Assembly (NCBI GenBank): GCA_964551375.1
Contig: CAZKBG010000001.1
Coordinates: 210,001-242,000, forward strand
From: an uncultured archaeon
GTDB taxonomy: Archaea > Iainarchaeota > Iainarchaeia > Iainarchaeales > JAAZKV01
Length of the DNA stretch: 32,000 nucleotides
Direction of reading: 5' to 3'
The notes below the pieces were generated by a model, which had not been told where the DNA came from, searched no databases, and saw only the letters and a program-made list of their open reading frames with translations. Shown piece after piece: positions 26,344 to 32,000 of the stretch. The number at the start of each line of letters is the position of its first letter. Within the stretch, counting starts at the first letter, position 1. Made by a program: the position numbers and the translations under genes.

Positions 26344-27669
26344 TTAAGGAGCACACGCTGCCGAAACAGCAGGCTTATTTGCATCCGTGCCACAAGCAAA
26401 ATATTCTGCGCAGTTTCTTGATTTTGTCCCCGTTACTGGATCACATGAAGACCAAGCCCCGCAAGCCCATAATTCATTACAAGGATGCCATGGATAAACT
26501 TGCGGATTATTAGAATCTGTTTTAAAAATTGATTCTGAACTATCCCACCATCCATCATTATCAGTATCCTTGTCAAACTGATTAGCGGTCCCATTGTCTA
26601 TAGAATATGTATAATCCCCTGCTATAAATGCCAAATTTCCATTTTTATTATTAATAAACATAATCAATCCATTTTTTTGCCCAAGAAGAAGTGTTTGATT
26701 TGCATTTTTTATTACACGGGTTAGCATCTCTCTGTTAAAATCCTTTACTTTTGGATAATAATAATCCCAAGACTGGTCACAAGTTAATTTTGGACTTAAA
26801 ACAAGGCAATTCGAATATAGGGGAACAGTAAACATGGAATCAAGCGAGGCATAATTTTTGGTTCGCATTGCTTCCCTAACATTAACAAACAAATTCCACT
26901 CGTTAGTAATATCAAATTCAGAAGTTACTGTCGTAGTAAGTGAATAACAAACCCCTAAACAGCACCGATTCCCATCGGAGGCAGTGATAAATTCGCTGCT
27001 ACAACTTTTTTCTGCAGAGCAAATCATTCCCCCATAATCCGCGCAGACTTTAGCTTCGCATTTTGTGCAGCCGCAGTACTTTCCAAGATCAGTGAATCCT
27101 TGAGTGCATTTTTGATTTTCAGCGCAAGTAACTATTCCTGTAGCGCTCTCGCAAGGAATCGGAGCAGGAGGCTTTGGAGTCGGGTCGTTCAAACAAACTC
27201 CCTTGCAGCACTTATTTGCATCAGTTGCATTAACATAATCCCCGCTGCAGTATTGAGTTGAAGTGCAACTCTCCCCTCTTTGAGCAATGCATGAGCCCGA
27301 AGGAAGATTTCCTCCAGGAGAGGAAATATTTCCAAGATTTGGAACAAATTTTTCCTCAACACTGCACACAAAACTCATGTCAGATTTATCAAAAAGAACT
27401 TTAAGCGAAGAAATAGTGTCGCTTTGCTCAACAACATAATAATCCTTCAGCGGGATTTCCTGCTTGCAGTTTTTTACCCAAAAATCAGCCTGTTCGGAAA
27501 AAGAAGCGGGTGAAAATGAAGTGATTGTCATCTTGGCATCAGGATGCGCCTGCAGATAATTCTTAATTTCAGGAGACCTCTTTGCAATATCTTCAGGATT
27601 TGTAGTACAGCCGAAAAGAAGCGCGGTTAATATCAAAAGCAAAAGAGCTAATATTAGCTTTTTCATCAA
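26344..27669 (-). CDS. Cys-rich secreted lipoprotein, unknown function
   Basis: 441 aa. Signal peptide plus lipobox (LTALLFGCTT). Two copies of a Cys module end in ..A[TS]D.N[KR]CC.GVC. An Asp-rich DKDTDNDGWWD motif is present. The C-terminus reads C..LWACGAWSSC..GTKSRNC..ACGTDANKP..C. Confidence 0.7.
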   Translation of the reverse strand: MMKKLILALLLLILTALLFGCTTNPEDIAKRSPEIKNYLQAHPDAKMTITSFSPASFSEQADFWVKNCKQEIPLKDYYVVEQSDTISSLKVLFDKSDMSFVCSVEEKFVPNLGNISSPGGNLPSGSCIAQRGESCTSTQYCSGDYVNATDANKCCKGVCLNDPTPKPPAPIPCESATGIVTCAENQKCTQGFTDLGKYCGCTKCEAKVCADYGGMICSAEKSCSSEFITASDGNRCCLGVCYSLTTTVTSEFDITNEWNLFVNVREAMRTKNYASLDSMFTVPLYSNCLVLSPKLTCDQSWDYYYPKVKDFNREMLTRVIKNANQTLLLGQKNGLIMFINNKNGNLAFIAGDYTYSIDNGTANQFDKDTDNDGWWDSSESIFKTDSNNPQVYPWHPCNELWACGAWSSCDPVTGTKSRNCAEYFACGTDANKPAVSAACAP

Positions 27670-27769
27670 ATCAACAAAAATAAAACACTTTTGAGATATT
27701 TAAACTAATCTTTTTAATAAAATCATCCTACTCCAAAAGGCTTAAAAATTTCAAACTCCAGTTAAATGC

Positions 27770-28180
27770 ATGTCTTTTGTTAAATGGACTGAAAAAGCAA
27801 GCGTCGGGATAAGCGAAATTGACGCACAGCATCAAAAATTCTTTGAATATGTAAACAGCTACTATGATTTATGCAACAGCAACAACTACAATCCAAAAAA
27901 AGCAAGGGAGATGATGTCTGAAATATTAAGCTATGCGCGAAAACACTTTTCCACGGAAGAAAGATACTTTGAGAAATATAATTACCCCAATATGAATGAA
28001 CATAAAGAAGAACACTTAGAACTTTTAAACAAGGCTCTAATAATATACGACTCATTTAACGGAGAAAAAGAAGGCTCATTGGCTTTTCTTGAATTTTTAA
28101 AAAACTGGCTTGAAAAACATCTAAAAGAAGAAGATAAAAAGTACGCAGAATACTTTTCAAGGCTTAAAATAAAATTCTAA
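27770..28180 (+). CDS. Hemerythrin-like (bacteriohemerythrin) metal-binding protein
   Basis: 136 aa. WTEKASVGISEIDAQHQKFFEYVN..HF..EE..F....YP....H..EH..L......HL..ED.., the H/HxxxE/HxxxH/HxxxxD iron-ligand pattern. Confidence 0.85.
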   Translation: MSFVKWTEKASVGISEIDAQHQKFFEYVNSYYDLCNSNNYNPKKAREMMSEILSYARKHFSTEERYFEKYNYPNMNEHKEEHLELLNKALIIYDSFNGEKEGSLAFLEFLKNWLEKHLKEEDKKYAEYFSRLKIKF

Positions 28181-28250
28181 AAATAAAAAAAATACTGGCT
28201 TTTTTTCTAAAAATAGCTGATGTGAAGTACGCAACGTACTTCAAATCAAT
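28181..28250. terminator. Bidirectional terminator zone between convergent genes
   Basis: A T7 run on the plus strand (ctggcttttttt, ~28196-28207) follows the hemerythrin stop. The perfect 9-bp hairpin tgaagtacg-caa-cgtacttca (28224-28244) is followed on the minus strand by T-rich sequence. Confidence 0.4.
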
Positions 28251-28316
28251 TAAAATTGATCCGGAAGATGCATGCCATTAAATATTTGGCATGCCAAATC
28301 CAAATCTCAAAGGCTA

Positions 28317-28661
28317 TTATTTTCCAGAAAACTTTTTTGCTTTGTCTCTGACTTTTTTTGCAACAATATCAAAACTGTTGAAGCTCTTAAGCATGCTCCA
28401 AAGTCCGACATTAATAAGCACACTTATTAAAAAAGCCAGGCCTCTGTCAAAAATCATTTCACTGGTTACATTTACAATGCTATAGTCCGCCCAAAGAGTA
28501 AAAACTCTTCTTACTCCCATTATCACAAAGGCAAACACAATAAATAGCCACCACTTTGACATTCTATCAAAACGGTAAATACTATACGCGATGTATGCCG
28601 CAGAAAGCTGGAAGACTATGGCGAAAACCCCAAGGAACATCAAAACTGAATCAGGCATCAT
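28317..28661 (-). CDS. Small 3-TM membrane protein, translationally coupled to KaiC-like paralogue 2
   Basis: 114 aa. Its start overlaps the upstream stop by 4 nt (ATGA). It has three hydrophobic helices and a basic C-terminal tail. Confidence 0.6.
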   Translation of the reverse strand: MMPDSVLMFLGVFAIVFQLSAAYIAYSIYRFDRMSKWWLFIVFAFVIMGVRRVFTLWADYSIVNVTSEMIFDRGLAFLISVLINVGLWSMLKSFNSFDIVAKKVRDKAKKFSGK

Positions 28662-29170
28662 TTAACACCCCCTTTAATTATTGTATCAGCATAAGTCGCA
28701 ATCTCCCTTAAAATTTCTTTTTCAGAATCTGATTCAAGCGCAATTACAATTGTATTCACATCAAGCCCCCTCATTTTATTCATTACAAAGTTTGTAAATT
28801 TCGCAACAGTGTGAGCGTCATTGTACATTAGTAAAATACTAAGCGAATCAATCAAAAGCATTTTTTTGCCCTTTAACTGCTCGGTGCTTTCATGAATTGC
28901 AATGCTTATAGAAGTCAAACTCTGCATGCTTTCAAGAAAAACGCAGTTATCAATATCCTCGCTCTTTTCACCTATATTTTTTGAAATGCAGTCAACAAAA
29001 AACATTTTCTTGGTGTTGACCTTCTTTTCCTTAAGCATATTCATCAAAACCTGATACGGCTTATTGGTAGTAACATAAACTACGCTTTCTGCCTTGTGCT
29101 CGCGCAGGATTTCAATAATCCCCTCAAAGTATTTAGTAGCTGAAATCAGATGAAGCTCAATTGATGCCAT
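28658..29170 (-). CDS. RecA/KaiC-like protein lacking a Walker A motif (DUF835-like), paralogue 2
   Basis: Start at the internal Met (MASIELHL..). VVYVTTNKPYQVLMNMLKEK..FFVDCISKNIGE..SLTSISIAI..KKMLLIDSLSILLMYND..KFTNFVMNKMRGL..NTIVIAL. Block-for-block similar to 19621..20172, with no GxxxxGK[ST]. Confidence 0.55.
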   Translation of the reverse strand: MASIELHLISATKYFEGIIEILREHKAESVVYVTTNKPYQVLMNMLKEKKVNTKKMFFVDCISKNIGEKSEDIDNCVFLESMQSLTSISIAIHESTEQLKGKKMLLIDSLSILLMYNDAHTVAKFTNFVMNKMRGLDVNTIVIALESDSEKEILREIATYADTIIKGGVK

Positions 29171-29275
29171 GCTAAAACAACACTTTTTTTGAATATAAAC
29201 ATTTGCTAAAATGTCCAATTTTTCCAGTTTTTAGGTTTAATAAAGCTTAAATATAAATGAAGCCCTACTTATAAC

Positions 29276-29632
29276 ATGGCTGTGAAAGCTAAACCGAAAA
29301 AAGCAGTTGGAGCAAAAAAAGATGATTCAGGAAAAGCGCTGGCAGTAATTGCGCACATACTTGGATTATTCACTTCATTTGTCGGAAGCCTGATAATATA
29401 TCTGGTTGCTGAAGATTCTTTTGCAAAAGAAAATGCAAAAGAGGCGCTGAATTGGCAGATAAGCCTTGTAATCTACACAATAGTATCCGCAATACTAATT
29501 ATAGTAGTAATTGGAATTGTGCTGCTTGTAATACTTGGAATATTAAATATAGTGCTCTGCATATACGCCGCAATTAAAGCAAGCGACAATGAGACATGGA
29601 AATACCCAGCTTCAATAAGATTCATTAACTAG
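29276..29632 (+). CDS. DUF4870-family membrane protein
   Basis: KALAVIAHILGLFTSFVGSLIIYLV...ENAKEALNWQISLVIY...WKYPASIRFI matches the DUF4870 pattern as I recall it. Confidence 0.65.
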   Translation: MAVKAKPKKAVGAKKDDSGKALAVIAHILGLFTSFVGSLIIYLVAEDSFAKENAKEALNWQISLVIYTIVSAILIIVVIGIVLLVILGILNIVLCIYAAIKASDNETWKYPASIRFIN

Positions 29633-29671
29633 CCATGCAGAGCATCTGTTTTGCATGGACTATGTTTTTTA
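29633..29671 (+). terminator. Hairpin plus T-run after the DUF4870 gene
   Basis: ccatgca (29633-29639) pairs with tgcatgg (29652-29658), followed by tatgtttttt. Confidence 0.45.
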
Positions 29672-29788
29672 TTACTCTTTTGCCTCATTAATCCAAATTT
29701 GTTCGCTTAATTTATTCTCTTATCCCCAAATACTAAAAATCTTCACTGCTTAGATATGGTTTAAAGAAGAGTGCTAGACAATTCTACC

Positions 29789-30388
29789 ATGCAAATATTT
29801 GATTTAACCATGATGATTAATTCCAAAACGCCAACCTTTCCAGGCGACCCAAAGCAGGAAATAAAACAGGTTGCAACAGTTAAAGACAACGGATGGAATG
29901 AGAAAAGAATCTCGTTTAGCACACACTTTGGAACGCACATTGACGCCCCGTTTCACATGATTGAAACAGGAGAAAAATTGACTGACTATTCGCTTCAGAG
30001 ATTCATCGGGGACGCAATTGTGATTGAACTAAGATATCCAATGCCTGACTTGAGTTTTGTTCAGCCAAATGACATAGTATTTTTTTACACAGGGCACTCA
30101 AACAAAGCCTTCACAAAAGATTACTTTGAGAAAAATCCGGTAATAACCCCTGAAATAGCTGAAGCTTTGATTAAAAAAAGAATAAAAATAGTCGGAATTG
30201 ACTCATTCAGCCCTGATAATGAGCCTTATGAAGTTCACAAAATGTTTTTTGAAAAAAGCATCCCGATTGTAGAAAATCTTGTAAGCCTTGACAAACTTGT
30301 GAATAAAAGATTCAAATGCATTATCCTGCCAATAAAATTGGAAGAAGCTGACGGAGCGCCGTGCAGAGTTGTGGGCATAATTGAATAA
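29789..30388 (+). CDS. Putative cyclase / kynurenine-formamidase-like metal hydrolase
   Basis: FSTHFGTHIDAPFHM (HxGTHxDxPxH motif), ..GIDSFSPD.., ..VHKMFF... Start placed at ATG 29789 inside ORF 29771..30388. Confidence 0.8.
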   Translation: MQIFDLTMMINSKTPTFPGDPKQEIKQVATVKDNGWNEKRISFSTHFGTHIDAPFHMIETGEKLTDYSLQRFIGDAIVIELRYPMPDLSFVQPNDIVFFYTGHSNKAFTKDYFEKNPVITPEIAEALIKKRIKIVGIDSFSPDNEPYEVHKMFFEKSIPIVENLVSLDKLVNKRFKCIILPIKLEEADGAPCRVVGIIE

Positions 30389-30430
30389 ACTAAGAAAAAG
30401 CTAATAAAAAAAATAATTTGCGCTTAATCT

Positions 30431-31123
30431 TTATCTAAGCGCATCATCAATTTTCTGCTTTAAAGTTGCGTAAGGAACCGCTCCAACTACTAAAACCCCT
30501 TCGCCGGTAGTCTTTCCAACAACAAAAGAAGGAGTTCCGTTAATTCCAATCCTTGCGCCCTCATTAGCATCAGATATTATTGCTGAATCAAACTTTCCTG
30601 ACAAAAGGCAAGTGTTGAATGAATTAACATCAACGCCGATTTCTCCCGCCCAAGAGGATACATTAGCAAGGGTCACTGATTGAACCATATTATATGTATT
30701 GCCTGCAAGCTCCTGCTGTTTGTTATACATTTTATCATGCATTTCAAAATATTTTCCCTGCTCTCCAGCGCATCTTCCCGCATAAGCGTACATTCCCGCA
30801 AGAGGGTGCCCGTTAAGAGGCAAATCCTTAAAGATAAATTTTACTTTTCCAGTGTTAACATAATCAGAAACAAGCTGGGCCTTTGATTCAATGAACCATT
30901 TTCTGCAAAACGGGCACTGAAAATCAGAATATTCTATAACCGTAACCGGCGCAGAATCAGAGCCAAGGCTTCCTGCCCCTGCCGATGAAAGAGTTCCTAA
31001 ATTAACTTTTGTTTCCTGCTGTGTACAGCCAAGCAATACTACCAGCGCAAAGATAAGCGCACTGAAAATAATTAATTTCCCCGAGTTCTTCAAGCAAAAC
31101 ACCCACAGTTTATTGGAACACAA
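30431..31123 (-). CDS. DsbA-family thiol:disulfide oxidoreductase lipoprotein
   Basis: Signal peptide plus lipobox (ALVVLLGCTQQ). Thioredoxin-fold active site VIEYSDFQCPFCRKW, and a C-terminal GINGTPSFVVG (cis-Pro loop). Confidence 0.85.
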   Translation of the reverse strand: MCSNKLWVFCLKNSGKLIIFSALIFALVVLLGCTQQETKVNLGTLSSAGAGSLGSDSAPVTVIEYSDFQCPFCRKWFIESKAQLVSDYVNTGKVKFIFKDLPLNGHPLAGMYAYAGRCAGEQGKYFEMHDKMYNKQQELAGNTYNMVQSVTLANVSSWAGEIGVDVNSFNTCLLSGKFDSAIISDANEGARIGINGTPSFVVGKTTGEGVLVVGAVPYATLKQKIDDALR

Positions 31124-31278
31124 GTATTAAAGAGGTAACCGCTAAAGAAAAATTAAAGAAACCAAAACAAAAATCTCTGCAAAAATCACTAACGTGAAAT
31201 TTTTTATCCGCATTTTTGGGGCACAGAGCCAAATACCCCAATCAGAAGCTTTTTATATTACAAAGGCCTAATTTGAGC

Positions 31279-31533
31279 ATGAAAAATTCAAACATAAAAA
31301 ATAATTCTGCAGACAGGATTCACAATTTATCAAAAAATGTTGTCTGGTGGAAAGTTGTAGGAGTAATTATTGGCGGATTTGCTTTAGGAATAGTTATTTC
31401 AAATTATTTCTTCAGCTACACAATTGGTGTTGATTCAATTTTTCAAGGAATACAACTATTACTAATAGCATGTATCCTGGCATTACTTCTTGATGTGCGC
31501 AGACTAATAATCAATTCAGCTAACCGGTGCTAA
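31279..31533 (+). CDS. Small 2-TM membrane protein (candidate)
   Basis: 84 aa from the ATG at 31279 within ORF 31216..31533. Two hydrophobic helices, no recognisable family. Confidence 0.35.
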   Translation: MKNSNIKNNSADRIHNLSKNVVWWKVVGVIIGGFALGIVISNYFFSYTIGVDSIFQGIQLLLIACILALLLDVRRLIINSANRC

Positions 31534-31640
31534 CAACCATCAATAAAACTGGTTTTCTTAATCGAACAATAAAGTTAGTGATTAAGTTCTCTGTATGAAA
31601 ACACCAAAAAGCATTTAATTAACAAAATGAGTAAATTAGT

Positions 31641-32000
31641 ATGCGAGTAAAGCCAAAGGCAAAAGCTCTAAAGAAAGCGCCAATTCCTACGCGCTCAAAA
31701 AAAGCGGCAATTGAAAGAAGATTTCTAAAAAACCCGTTAAAAACAAAATCACTAATAGTAACAGCATGGTTTAGAAAATACTTACGAGAAAACAAAGGCC
31801 TATTAACTTCATTCTTAAAAGCAAGAAGAGAACTTCACAAAGGAAGAGCAGTGGCATTTCAAGAAGGAAAAGTAACTCTTGCATTTCATGATGACCCAAA
31901 CGCAAGCGCATCAGCTCATTTATATAAATTAACGCTTGGAAAAGATATTTTCTTTATTAAAGAACAAAGAGAAGGAAAAAACAGGCACAAATTCAAAGCG
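31641..32000 (+). CDS. Hypothetical basic protein (3' end beyond window)
   Basis: The frame is open from ATG 31641 to the window end (120 codons): MRVKPKAKALKKAPIPTRSKKAAIERRFLKNPLKTKSLIVTAWFRKYLRENKG.. It is absent from the ORF track because there is no stop in the window. Confidence 0.45.
   Translation, partial: MRVKPKAKALKKAPIPTRSKKAAIERRFLKNPLKTKSLIVTAWFRKYLRENKGLLTSFLKARRELHKGRAVAFQEGKVTLAFHDDPNASASAHLYKLTLGKDIFFIKEQREGKNRHKFKA

Noticed and set aside
26344-27669. Cys-rich lipoprotein as a diversity-generating retroelement target
   Set aside because: The window contains no reverse transcriptase ORF and no template-repeat copy of any part of the gene. The two internal modules are diverged protein repeats, not near-identical A-variable DNA repeats.

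Overview
AT-rich (roughly 35-40% GC by eye), gene-dense window from a small-genome archaeon. A DPANN-type lineage is likely. That is an inference from archaeal 16S/23S signature sequences, tRNA-Ala in the rRNA spacer, an eL41-like gene, a UbiA-type prenyltransferase, many short genes and a bacterial-type AlaRS. Housekeeping genes: argS, alaS, pyrG, eno, thioredoxin, an FKBP PPIase, an SPFH protein, a methyltransferase and a histidine-phosphatase (dPGM-like) protein. A minus-strand 'RNA island' at ~8.7-16.2 kb holds a 16S - tRNA-Ala(TGC) - 23S operon with no linked 5S, plus a compact RNase P RNA. tRNA-Arg(TCT) lies at 4.8 kb. Most interesting observations: (1) an unassigned ~235-nt highly structured RNA (10026-10261, minus) with a plausible TATA box and oligo-T stop, directly upstream of a 48-aa ultra-basic ORF; (2) two diverged paralogues of a RecA/KaiC-like protein lacking a Walker A motif (DUF835-like), one translationally coupled to a nitroreductase and the other to a small 3-TM protein; (3) exported redox proteins (cytochrome b5-like, cupredoxin, DsbA-like) and an exported FKBP that all carry the same L-[FL]-G-C-T lipobox, near a hemerythrin; (4) a 441-aa Cys-rich lipoprotein with internal Cys-module repeats. 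I saw no CRISPR array, transposase, integrase or recognisable defence genes. All product calls rest on motif recognition by eye. No database search was possible.
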